A stretch of 59,623 nucleotides of DNA, filler included, from Dimargaris cristalligena (GCA_003614675.1; 5 parts of 5 records of this genome joined end to end with filler, not necessarily neighbours in it), one strand, 5' to 3'; counted from the first letter of the whole stretch, positions 37,922-49,667 are shown. Notes: generated from the letters alone by a model not told the origin. Numbers and translations are program-made.

Positions 37922-40900
37922 GGCTGACGGTCTAGGTATAAGAAACAAATGATGAGTGAAGGGAAGGCGAACACAAACCAGAGTTAGAATATAAAAATAG
38001 GACCAGTAGTCCGGTATCACAGTTGATCAAATTAATAAACGGGCCCCTCTAGGGTTTTGAGCCCGGTGGCCGAGGGGAAGCTTCAAAGCAGCAAGCCGCA
38101 GGAAACAATAGCAAGTTTGCCTTGTAGCCAGGTAACCTAATGGCACACCCAGAAAGGCGGATTACCGCGCCACTGCCCACTCGTGGTTGCCGAAGGGGGC
38201 TTAGAAAAGCCGTAGAGGTACTTACGATATCGATATTAGGGAGGGTGGGCTATGTAGCTAATTGCAAAGTGGGACAAGGATGGTTGGAATGAATGGATAT
38301 GCGGGTCGGTCAATTAAGAAACGCAGATACCAAGGGAGGGAGATATCTGTTTGGAATCCTTTTAAAAAAGAAGTGGGGCGAAGCCGATGAGTCCGATGCG
38401 GGTCGGAACGGATAAAAGGCGGCGCTAGGCAAATTAGAAGTGGATGGTCTAAGCGGTCAGCTCAACTCTCGGTGGCTATGTGTTTAGAGCAGAGAAAGGG
38501 TACAAAGGAGAAAAAAGGGCGGGGAAGCTCCAGGTGATAGGCAGAGGGGGTTAATAAGAAAGCCGAGGGAGCGGGAGAGAAAGAGAAGAGTGGGGGGAGA
38601 AGGGAGGGAGGGTGACAAAACGACCAGGATGGCGGCCAGAATCGAAGGGAGCACTTTCCTAAATTGGCAATGGTATTAAGTGAGGTGAGTGGAGTTGAAC
38701 CAGAAACATTAGTGGGCTGATGTGTGGGATGGGAAGAGAAAAATAGAACTGATGGCAGGCAGGAGTGTACTTAAAACGCTGGCCTTTATCGGATGATTTG
38801 GTCAACCCAGGACACAGAATATATCCGTTGATCAATAATACTCTTCGGTGGTGTTTTGACACCCTCTCCCCCTTCTTCCATCCGCGTGGGGAATTGCGGA
38901 TTAGTTGGCAAGCCACTATTGCCCTGTTTGAATGGTAATGACAGTAAGCAGGGTGAAGGGGGGGATGTCTTGTTGTGCTACTCAGCAATGGCCCTCTCTC
39001 CTTCTCTGGCCCTCCTACATTCGCCACAAGTCACACTACGCACAGGGCAGACTGGAATAGGAGCGAATCGAATCAAAGGGCTTGAGACCTTCCATTGGGG
39101 GAGGGGGGGTTCTGGGCACTGATAAACATCAGAGGCACGTTATATTTTGTAAATTACGAGTTTACTTACTGATAAATGGAGTATAGCAAAATGGATCAAA
39201 GCCGCGATTGAGACGTTGTCAAGGGCGTGTTTAGATATGGTTGGTAGTACCTACTTCAAAGACCCAGGCGTGGATAGGGGTGGTTATAGACAATACCTGG
39301 GCAGGTGCCAAACGCGCATAAATTGGGGGAAATGGTACAGTAACTGAAGCTCGGCAGTGTTGATCTGCTCTAGTGGGGTGTGGTTAACCCAGGGAAAATC
39401 CAAAGAAAAAGGTGGGGTTATAAGGAGGAGGCCAATTGGAGGTTAGATAGAGGCAATATTGGGACAGTTCACAAAACTAAGTACAGCTGCTGGGTTTGCT
39501 AAACCAACGAATAATGGCAGTGGCAAGGGGAAAAGAGGGCTTCCTTCTGAATTGGTCCTCTAATGTGCGATGCGCTGAAAGCTGGTAGCAGCGATTTTAG
39601 GATGTGTAGCTAAGGTGATATATTACACAGGTGGCACCAAATGCACTACGTCTAGCGCATATGCTACTCTATAGGGTTGTCCCCACACCAGGTGAAGGAT
39701 GGGATCAGGAATAGGCAGGATGGTCTAGGAGGACGTACTTTAAGCAGTTTAACTGGGGGGCGGATATACACAGCTGGGATGCTTATCGATTTGAGGGGAT
39801 TGTGTAGCTAGCTGCTATTCGACGAATAGAACACAGGCAGCAATAATAGGGGGGATATGCCAGAAGACTGCACAGTGGGTGTAGTAAATAGCAAAGTCAA
39901 AAAAAGGAAGGAAAGCTGTATTGAAGGGGGGGAGGCCGGTCACTAATATATATATATATATACTTGCCTATATTATTACTTATCCGTGCATATACCCTAG
40001 GGTGGGTTTGGTGTGTTGGCTATTATATGCATTTGGTTGCGCATGTATACACACCGTAGTATAGACTCTCTTGGTCTACAGGGATGGAAAGGGGAGAGAG
40101 GGTCTCTTGGAACTGGCTGGGACTGTGTATGTACTGGACTAGATTGGCCGACATCATTGGCCCCATCCAACAATACAATGCTTCCCTCCCCATTCATTAA
40201 ACGTCAGGATTCCTTTTCCCCTTTATTACACTATGCTTCGGCAACAAATCGGTAAACATGGGCGATTGGATGTGGGATATGGTAGGCGGGTTATCGCCGG
40301 GGGTTGTGGTGGTGGTTGCATATCTATGGATGGGACCATCCATCTATCACGCCAGTTGGCCAGCATGGCCGGCCATTGGTCTGCTAGGCCAGTCACTCGA
40401 ATCGGATGATAGTTGACAAGTGCGTGGCCTCCCTTGTCTCGCCACGTATATTGGTAAGAAAATATATCGCACCATCCATATACCATTACTTTGGACCATA
40501 TGGGAAAGGGGACTGCGTTTTGAAGCAGAGAATATTTAATCAATGGTGCCATTTCATTTAAAGAAGGGCTAGGAAACTGGAGGATGCTGGCTGGTTTGGT
40601 GAAACAAGTGGGGTCAGGGCAAGGGGAATAATGCTGTGTGTGGGTGTCGTGCTCTATATTATCCGCCCCCCCCCTTCTGAACCAATCACCTAGCTAAATG
40701 GAGGGTGGACTGATTATTTGATTCAGCATCATCGAGAGTGCCCCACTCTATCGCTCCTCGTTTATTCGCTACTTGGAAAATGGCCTGTTCGCGGGTTGAC
40801 GTGGCCCAGATAAGAACTTCTAACCCAAGTACTAATCATTTGATGCCTATTGCTTAGCCTTGGCAGAGTTATTATCATATCCCCCTTCCTTCCCTGGTAC

Positions 40901-41184
40901 AGATTGGATTGATTGCAATAGATATAGATACGCTCGGAATAGAAGAGAGTGGTAAATAAATACTGCTGCTTATCTTTCTCAGTACCCTTATTGATTTGAC
41001 TTAAAAATAATACTGGCCAGTACTATAGGAGGCACTATAGATGCAAGTAATTCGTGTACTATATTAGCGACCATGCTGGGGGACCGTGGTGGTGTGATTC
41101 GGCTACTAATGTATACAAGGCAGAGTGCTACAGGCGGGATTCTTGGCAGGTACGGTCACGTATAATGCGTTTATTTATGTATAT

Positions 41185-41320
41185 GGATGAAATTCAAACC
41201 AGCTGTATAAGGTTTTACAATATACGTGTATGGGCGAATATATGTGAGAATAGCTTTTAACCAGTAATATTGGCCTCATCCGATGGATTTTTCATTATAC
41301 AGCCTGAATGAACTTCTCCC
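41185..41320 (-). mobile_element. 136-bp MITE copy, ATAT on both sides
   Basis: GGATGAAATTCAAACCAGCTGTATAA...TTATACAGCCTGAATGAACTTCTCCC. Confidence 0.85.
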
Positions 41321-41324
41321 ATAT

Positions 41325-41460
41325 GGGTGAAATTCAGCCCAGCTATATAAGGGCTTACATTATATGTATATGGGAGAATATATGGGAATCTTATTTTTAA
41401 CTAGTAATATTGGCCGAATCTAATGGATTTTTCGTTATACAGCTTAGATGAACTTCTCCC
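41325..41460 (-). mobile_element. 136-bp MITE copy (second subfamily), in tandem with the previous copy and sharing the ATAT target
   Basis: GGGTGAAATTCAGCCCAGCTATATAA...TTATACAGCTTAGATGAACTTCTCCC followed by ATAT. Confidence 0.85.
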
Positions 41461-41818
41461 ATATTAATCATTGCTTGCCTGGGAAGGACTATTATCAGGA
41501 AAACACCTTCTCCGTATATGCACATAGTAAAGTGAACCTCGAATGGGCCTTCAGGTCGAAAATATAGGCCACCAAACAAAAACCCTTAACTGGCCCTCGT
41601 GTAAGTAACAGCGAGTCGGGCTAGAATGAACTTAGGGTTAGAAAAATCGCTATTAGTAAATATTTATGGGGGTATGGTAGATTATAGCCAATAAAAAAAG
41701 GTAATAATATTTCCACTTGGGGTGATTCGGAGCGAGGTCCGGGCTTAATAACCTAAACACGGGGTTACATACGTGACTTAAGGGCCGGTAGGGGCAGGGG
41801 GGAGGTGGATATTAATTG

Positions 41819-43156
41819 CTATGCGACCGATTTAGGCTGGAACCCGGCCTCGACCAGAGAAGTCCGTAGGGCATTTTGAGTCTTATCCATATAGTGGCGC
41901 TCAGGCTCCAGCGCCGACAGGCCCATGTGGCCCACCCGGAAGTAACGGGGCGCCAGGTCGGGGTGGACCCCACCGGCGACGACGATGCCGTGTTGACCCA
42001 GTCGGGGCAGCAAGTCTGTGGCCTTGACCCCCTCGGGGTAATACATGGCACTCATGCTGTGGGCGGCCACGGATTTCGAGACAGGCAGCTGGGCCAGGCC
42101 GAGAGACGTCACGAAGTTTTTGAATTGGTCGCTGGTCTGCTTATGGGCTTCAAAGACTTGGTCCATGCCGCGGGCCAAAAGCTGCTTCACGCCCACGTGG
42201 AGGGCCATGACGAGCTGCACGGCTGGTGTGGCGAAGTAGAGGGCCTTGCGGGCCTCGTAGGCCTGCATCACGGGCAGCCACTTGGACCAGGCCGCGTAGT
42301 AACTGGACACTTTGGTCCGGCGGTTGCGCCAGGCGGCCAGAGTACGCTGACTCGCGACCACGATGGCCAGACCAGGGGGGCAGCCCAGGGCCTTTTGGCT
42401 AGCGGTCATGATAATATCGATACCCCACGCATCCATGCGAAGTTCCTCAGCGGCTACGGAGCACACACCATCAACAGCGACCAGGGTGGAAGGTGAAATT
42501 TGCTGGACTAGACGGGCCATGGCCTGGACGTCCACCAGGACCCCCGTGCTGGTGTCCACATGGGTGATGGTAAGGATTTTATAGGGCCGGCCGGCCTGGA
42601 CGGCGTCCTGAAGGGCCGTGCGAATGGCAGCCTCGTCGGGTACGTTGCCCAAACAGTCGGGACGGAGGGTATCAACCTGGGCACCGTACACCTCAAGGCA
42701 TTCAACCATACGATCGCCGAAGAGACCGGTGCTGAGCACCAGGCCCCGGTCACCCGTCTCAATGACGTTACACAAGACCAAGTCCCAGCTCAAAGTACCG
42801 GAGCCCGACACGACGAAAGGCTGGCCAGTCTTGGTCTCCACAATCTGGCGGAGGCCTTCCAGAGTTTCGCCAAAGGTATTCACAAAGCCGGGGTCAATGT
42901 GGGAGGTGGCGGGGGTGCTCATGGCGGTTAGCACGTCCTCGTGGAACTCAATGGGCCCAGGGATCATGCATAGCTTGTGGTTGGGAGGGAGCGACATGGC
43001 GGAGTGGAAACGGGCAGATAAAGGGGGAAAGGCGGAAAGAGAACCGAATGACGAGAGTCTAAGGCGGGTGGGAAGGGAAAGAGCGGCGGGGAATAGGGAA
43101 GATACAGGGCGGAAGACACCACCCACAGTACAACAACGGAAAACCAAGTCACGCAT
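41819..43156 (-). CDS. AGX1: Alanine-glyoxylate aminotransferase (class V PLP enzyme); second in-frame ATG at 42997
   Basis: LCMIPGPIEF, VSGSGTLSWD, THVDTSTGVL, VDGVCSVAAEE, PLP lysine in TASQKALGCPPGL, YFATPAVQL, YFRVGHMG. Confidence 0.93.
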   Translation of the reverse strand: MRDLVFRCCTVGGVFRPVSSLFPAALSLPTRLRLSSFGSLSAFPPLSARFHSAMSLPPNHKLCMIPGPIEFHEDVLTAMSTPATSHIDPGFVNTFGETLEGLRQIVETKTGQPFVVSGSGTLSWDLVLCNVIETGDRGLVLSTGLFGDRMVECLEVYGAQVDTLRPDCLGNVPDEAAIRTALQDAVQAGRPYKILTITHVDTSTGVLVDVQAMARLVQQISPSTLVAVDGVCSVAAEELRMDAWGIDIIMTASQKALGCPPGLAIVVASQRTLAAWRNRRTKVSSYYAAWSKWLPVMQAYEARKALYFATPAVQLVMALHVGVKQLLARGMDQVFEAHKQTSDQFKNFVTSLGLAQLPVSKSVAAHSMSAMYYPEGVKATDLLPRLGQHGIVVAGGVHPDLAPRYFRVGHMGLSALEPERHYMDKTQNALRTSLVEAGFQPKSVA

Positions 43157-43555
43157 ACAGCGAGCGACGGTGATTGATGATTACAGGGGCTAGAATGAGA
43201 CCCTTTTCTTCGGTGGATGGCTCAATAGCACTATTTTTTACACTGATGGGCGCAGGGGAAAAAGAGAGGATCGGGCGGAAAAGGTTAAAGACATAACGGG
43301 GCTGTAGGTAGAGAGTCAAGGCGAACGGGAGAAGGGCCCTCTCATTATAAATAAACTAGCCTCGTCGTCGTGACGGGGTTATGAATAGCCATGGCATGTG
43401 ACCTGGCTCATATACCACCAGTCAGACAGGAAGCTCTCTATTATCTATCTCTATCTATTCCTGAAGGAGGGAGGGGGTCTATAGCAGCGGCTAGACATGG
43501 GTGGAGAAGGCGGGCCTACTTACTCTATACTGGGACTAGGAAGAGCAGATGATTT

Positions 43556-43688
43556 GGGAGTTCATTCAGGCTGTATAATGAAAAATCCATTGGATGAGGC
43601 CAATATTACTGGTTAAAAGTTATTCTCATATATATTCGTCCATACACGTATTGTGTAAAACCTTATACAGCTGGTTTGAATTTCTCCC
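43556..43688 (+). mobile_element. MITE copy with ATTT target-site duplication
   Basis: ATTT|GGGAGTTCATTCAGGCTGTATAA...TTATACAGCTGGTTTGAATTTCTCCC|ATTT. Confidence 0.85.
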
Positions 43689-45915
43689 ATTTGTTATCTA
43701 AAGCGGGTATTTATTAGTAGGCCTATCCATTTTCACCGCAGAACTAAGGGCAGTCACATGTCAGACCAGCATCCCCTCTAAAAGTCCACCCTATGGTAAC
43801 TCCCCACTAAAGGTATGCTATGTGTATGGGAAACTATGTAGCCCTGGGGGTTTTTGATCGAGATCCTATTATTATGTTCGCTGTGGATGACAAATTATAA
43901 CCAAAAGGTTGTCTGCCTTGGATTTACTATAAATAAAACTCTACTTCACCTGTATGGAACACTAGGTGGGATATTCATTTTTTCAACCAGAGGAGTATTT
44001 GCCTCATCAAACGGATTTTCCATTCATTCGATAGCCTGCTTGAACCCATTGCCCTAATTTACTCCGTCATATACCAGTGATGCTATTTGGTGTATTTATA
44101 TAATATGCTATTTTCGGGTTGGACTCGATATAATATGGCTGTATTAACATTTATTAAATACTCAAGTATAAAATCAGTATTACAAGCATAATAATAACCA
44201 AGGGTTTATTTAATCAAAACGAGGTCAAGGAATATTCTCCTGAGGAGGTCGAGGTCCGTTGACTTTAATCGAGGTCCAGGGAATAATAATACCATGGGTA
44301 TAAACTACGTACCACCGGCTGTATCTTAGAGACCCGGCATCGGCGACAGGCTCGAGGGCCAGGATTGGGTGATGTTAGAGGCGCCGGGAATGATTTCATA
44401 ACATATTTTGTGGTTGAATGCCTCTCCAATAAATTGAACCCGGAGTACCCTCAGCGAGACAGGAACTAGCAACCCCACATTAAGACGCCAAGCCCAATTA
44501 TTCGAACTGATCGATGCGAGACCCTATCGAGTGGAAGTATTATGCCAAGACATAGACCTCATTTGTACTTCCAGCTGTAAGCGCAGCTAGTTGCTGGTCC
44601 CCTTTAGCTCTGGTGTTGTTGTTAGTCTAGGACCGTTGTTTGAGGGCCGGACTAGCCCGTAATGTACAATCGTGTAGCCATTGCCCTAGTTGAGCAACAC
44701 AGGTGACTCCCGTACAATAGAGCCGCTCCAACACCTTAACCATGCTACTCTAGTTAATGAGCTTTATTCGGCGACTTGGCATGAATGCCAAGGCCGTACA
44801 AGCCACCACTAGTGACCAAGCTTCCTCTTATTCGCGGTATTTTCCACAGAAAGTTCCAATATTAGGGTTGGCCATAGTAAATAAGGGTTAGTTACGAAGA
44901 AACCTATTGGTGCCTTCGGGGACAGCTACGAGAAGAAAAAAATGGAAGGGGCGTGAGGGCGGCGTACAACGAGTAAATCAGAACGATTTGGTGCTAGGTC
45001 AAGTTCTCCCCTTTTCCTTTGGCCCGTATTGGGTGCTAGGGCTGTACAGAGTAACAGAAATGTAAATCCCGCTATGAGGAGCCTTAACCCAGCCCTTTCT
45101 TGCCTTCCAAAAAATTGGCCAGTCGAATTATTCCCCCTAACCAGGCCAGCCCTTTAGCTAACCCTCACGGTTTCCTTTTACCCAACAGCGTGCTATACCA
45201 ATGTATTGCTGGGCAAAGGGCTGTGCATGTGAATCATTCAAATTTCATATATATATATATATATATGAAAATTCTTAATAAGAGCCATACTCGAGCAATG
45301 TCAGTTGGCCCTGTTAAACAACTCATCAATAATAGAGTGTTCGAATAGCCAAGACTCCGCTAACCCCTCCACTAATAGTCTTCAACACGCGGATAATATG
45401 GCGCGACGCTGCTGACCTCGAGGTGGTAGCACCACGACGCAATTGTTGGATACAAACGCTACCAGATTGGTGATACACCGAGTTTGGATGGCTGGTTCGC
45501 AATGGGTCCACCAATAGGTCAAGCAACAGCTTTGATCTGAAGATGGCCCTTTTATTGGCGGCTTGTTTGAGTCCTTCTAGGTGGGTGCCAACTTGACAAT
45601 AAGAAGGGCCTCCTTTTCAAGGGTCGTAACTGAGGGCCCAGCACTGAATTTTTGCCAACATCCCAAACTTACTACTCAGTATATATACCCAAAGACCCGG
45701 TTCCTCAATTTCAACAAATCATTCAATAACCCATTCCGCTATTACATCGCACTTCTCACTACTTTATCGACCCCAATTCACGCCTATCACTTTTCTCTAC
45801 ACCCGCATATATAATTCAGCTTTTGAACCGCTGCACTCAACCTTCCATTTTTTTTTGTATAACTTCCCTTCCATACCATCCCACGAAAGCATCCACTCCG
45901 ATATCCCCTTCCAAC

Positions 45916-46428
45916 ATGAAGTGCATCATTGCCGCCGCTCTTTTCACTGCCGCTATTGTCATGGCCGAGAATGACTTTAAGATGGTGAAGCCCGGTTCCC
46001 GCGGCTTCAACGACGATTCCGACAAGGTGGGTCCTTGCGGTGGTTTCAATGACGAAATGGACCCCATTAAAATTAAGGCCAAGCAGGAGTTCAAGTTCGG
46101 TGTGCCCAAGTCCAAGGGTTTCGTTGGCCTGTTCTACTTGTCCGAGGGAAACGACGTCAAGGAGTGGAAGCCTCTGCTCAACATTACCTCCGACGGTGGT
46201 CATGACGAGGTTGAGGGAGAAGTCGAATTCAAAGACATCGCCAAGACGAATACCAAAGGTACCGTGGCCGCTCACTGGTACTATGAAGAAGGGTCTGACA
46301 ATAATGCCGTCTACTACCAGTGCGTTGATGTGGCCCATGGCGACGATCTCAAGAACTCTGCCACCATAGTCCAGGCTACGTTCATGACTCTGGCCGTGAC
46401 TACCGTGACCCTCCTCGCCCGCCTGTAA
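45916..46428 (+). CDS. Secreted, probably GPI-anchored BIM1/X325 (LPMO-like) family protein lacking the N-terminal His
   Basis: Signal peptide MKCIIAAALFTAAIVMA; family motifs F...P.SRGF.DD....PCGG and YYQCVDV; hydrophobic C-terminal tail after KNSA. Confidence 0.75.
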   Translation: MKCIIAAALFTAAIVMAENDFKMVKPGSRGFNDDSDKVGPCGGFNDEMDPIKIKAKQEFKFGVPKSKGFVGLFYLSEGNDVKEWKPLLNITSDGGHDEVEGEVEFKDIAKTNTKGTVAAHWYYEEGSDNNAVYYQCVDVAHGDDLKNSATIVQATFMTLAVTTVTLLARL

Positions 46429-46784
46429 AATGGCTCGTTCAGCCACATTGAAGATGTTGGACATGTGTCCCACCAACTTCTTTGTTTAGTTGGCGTAGTA
46501 TGGTCCAACCTCTCGGATTCGTTTTCGTTCGAATGTCTAGACCTATATCCGCCGACACCTAAGACTGTTTTCAACCTTACATGTGTATTCTTTTATTATA
46601 GCCTTAAATATATCATACCATAAAATATTCTATAATCCCATATTCGGTGCGGTATAATGTGGAGTAATACTACAGTAGGCAAGTGGGTGGATTATGAAAG
46701 CCTTTCAAATTTAATGATGAATATCCAGATGCCGTGGGCTACTATGAGAGTGACTCTAGTGACCGGGTGGTGGTGGATATATCT

Positions 46785-46919
46785 GGGAGAAATTTGAACC
46801 AGCTGTAATAATGCTTTACATGATATGTCCGTGGGATAATGAGGGAGATTCGTTTGCAACCAGTGGCATTGGTATCATCTAACGGATTGCTCGCTCTACA
46901 GTCCAATTGAACCTCCCCC
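46785..46919 (-). mobile_element. Diverged MITE copy with ATCT target-site duplication
   Basis: ATCT|GGGAGAAATTTGAACCAGCTGTAAT...TACAGTCCAATTGAACCTCCCCC|ATCT. Confidence 0.75.
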
Positions 46920-47704
46920 ATCTTTTTATTCCACCATGTTGGTTGATTGAGGTGGTTCGTAAAAAGTAGAGACTAGCACCAATTGACACTATTGTATCGC
47001 ACCTATAGCCCAGGTCAACCGCCAGTTTTATTCATAAATGCCAATTTACAAATACAAATACCGATTTTATAGGGATTAATAGTTAAAGCCGGCTGGTAGG
47101 TGGCTAAGGTATAAGACCTGGTAGAAAGGCTAGTAAAAGGAAGCAGTAGATTTGTACTATGTTTTACTGTTTAGAGCATTATATCTGAAGTATTAGCCCC
47201 ATGCGATATTGGCCGAGATCGTCAGTGAATACCCAGACATAAGAAACCAGTAATATAATGGCCATTGAGTCGAATATCTATGCGGTAAAATGAGTAAGGT
47301 GGACGGATAGGTTGAAATATACTGTAGATACGCTGAGCAATGCCCCATTTCCCAATAAATAATTACACCTCATATAGACATGGGTCAGTAGTCAATTAAG
47401 TATGCTTTGTCTAGTAAAAAGGTACCCCTGGAGAGACTGGGACCGTTTTTCATATGGGATTACCATGCGTATATGTCCCCCCGCCCAATATTATTGAAAC
47501 AAGGATTCCACCTCAAAGTGGCTCCTCAAAAAATCACCTCAAATATGAAGCACTTTTCATTCGCCAGCCACACTATATGCCCTCCAACGCATTTGTACTG
47601 CTGCATAGTGCAGTCTTGAAGGAAGCTTATTTTTATCAATTTCTTTATTGGTTTTATCAAGACCGGATCATTACTATATATATTTCTTTTAATCCGAAAC
47701 GGGC

Positions 47705-47804
47705 NNNNNNNNNNNNNNNNNNNNNNNNNNNNNNNNNNNNNNNNNNNNTTAATTAATTAANNNNNNNNNNNNNNNNNNNNNNNNNNNNNNNNNNNNNNNN
47801 NNNN
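47705..47804. other. Artificial contig spacer
   Basis: 44N-TTAATTAATTAA-44N. Confidence 0.97.
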
Positions 47805-47853
47805 CCATACACGTATAATGTAAACCCTTATATAGCTGGGCCGAATTTCACCC
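47805..47853 (+). mobile_element. Partial MITE (3' end) at contig start
   Basis: CCATACACGTATAATGTAAACCCTTATATAGCTGGGCCGAATTTCACCC|ATAT is nearly identical to the reverse complement of the start of the 41325 copy. Confidence 0.8.
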
Positions 47854-49667
47854 ATATCCACCGCTAAAACCTTCCAATGAACGGTTTAATTGCCATTAAA
47901 CCTGCCTTACCAGTAACCCATGTTTCGGGGGTGGGACATGTTTATTAGAATAAGGTTTACCAGTATTCCACAAGTACCTCTACAGATATCTATTCCCAGC
48001 TAATATGGGCAGGGTTTAGGCCAGTTGTATAGTGAGTGATACGTGCGATAAAGCATGGCTAACTAATTACTACTAAAAATAATTTTATGGATTACATTTT
48101 ATTCTAAACCGGACGTACTTGCATTGAATTTCGCCCTTTTAGCTATACGGACTGTTTCCAAGGTTGTTTCAGCTATAGGGGTAGACGCCATGTCTTGGAT
48201 TGTTTTTGTACGCAACCTCATTTTTCGGTCATTAAAATCGCACTGCTCTCTATTTTTTTCTTGGGGAAAGCCTGTCTAATAAAACCTCAGTGTTCGGGCG
48301 CACCCCAATGGCATTGGGCTCAAGTAGTCGGCTGTTGGCCATCTAGGATATGCTATCATTCGCCGCTTCAAATAAAGCTTTGCTACATTTTAAAGATATA
48401 CGTTGGTAAGTTTTGCCTTCATCTTGCACGATTTCCAAATTGCCCAAGATGCTGCATTTCCAAAGCCATGGTACATCCAATTGTGGCGGACTGTGTGACC
48501 TCAAGCATGTTATTGAATAATATGCCAGGCAAATCCGCCATCCTAGCATGCAGTTGTCAAGTCTGTTTGCATGGAGTCATTTATTGCTATTGCTGTACTG
48601 CATCCCCCCTTGTTGTTGTTTTTTTGCAAATTAAACTGCGCGAACGGCTCTATTATAAAGGGTATGTTCTAGGGAGGGTATGGCTAGGTTGGCAATCTGC
48701 TGACTGGTACCCGATAGAGCTGGAGACTAGGCCCGGGAATGGTAGGCCAGCATGTGCATGGGGCAGGGTTTCGTATCAGGTGATGTATTAATGTGTTAGG
48801 AAGACTTGGTTTTTGCAGCAGGCTAGGTTTGGCCCATAGACGAGGCAATATAGTATTTAGGGAGCCATATTCGAGCGGCGCAGGAGGGCGGGGGAACGGA
48901 TGGTGTGGTTGTCGTGCATGGCAATTAGAAGGGCCTAGAAGCCGGTGACCGGCCGAACTTAGCAAGGTCAGCCGATCTGGCGTAAGAGTGCACCACGGAA
49001 TCCACCGCAACCACGGGGCTGGCGTATGGGTTAGGCGACCACGGGGGGATTCCGTTGGGCCTGACTAGGTGAGGGCCGTATAGCATAAGAGCCGGGACGA
49101 CCTGGCCTGCCTACCGGGGGTTCTTCCAAGGTGGAAGGACCATGAGCCGTGGAAGGTCGTCTCGTCGCTAACTAATCAGCGAAGGTTGCTGGGACCGTCA
49201 GTGATAAGCGAAGGAAGGAGTATTCCACATAGATCACATACCGTCACTTCCCAGGCTAACCAATCAGGGAAGGGCACAGCCCCAGTGATGAGGAAGGAGG
49301 GGGGAGAGATAGATGGAACGCGTGCTCCGCCTGGGGAGGTTCACCCGTCTGTGTCTCTCTCTATATGCGTATGCGTATGCCTATGCCTATATGCCTCTAC
49401 TGGTGGCCTTTCTTTATCTTTTGATTTCTATGGCTGGCTTTCCAAACCCCTCTTTCCGCCACTGTGTTCCTTTTCCTTTTTCCATTCTTCCATTTCATTC
49501 CGGTGGTTGCTTGCTTTGATTGATCCCAAACCTACATCCCTTGCTTTTGCGTCCTTCCACGTGTTTCATCCCCCTGCCCCCCTCTCTCGTGCGCGTCGAC
49601 TATAACTTCCCTTCCTCCACTGGCTTTGCTCGTCAACTAGTCTTGTTAAGCTAATTCGTCTATAACC

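Noticed and set aside
35885-37952. Long antisense/overlapping ORFs within FAS1 (likewise within AGX1, SIN3, PDI, XRN2)
   Set aside because: Expected shadow ORFs of GC3-rich coding sequence, with no recognisable domains.
41185-43688. AGX1 as cargo of a composite transposon formed by flanking MITEs
   Set aside because: Each MITE has its own distinct TSD (ATAT versus ATTT), indicating independent insertions.
47897-48018. Second MITE family with (C)CCTGCC...GGCAGGG ends (similar words near 11493 and 21821)
   Set aside because: Only 8-11 bp of similarity, no shared internal sequence and no clear TSD.
48995-49055. 9-bp inverted repeat ACGGAATCC/GGATTCCGT upstream of SIN3 as a structured ncRNA
   Set aside because: Short stem, and no SRP, RNase P/MRP or snRNA signature was recognised.
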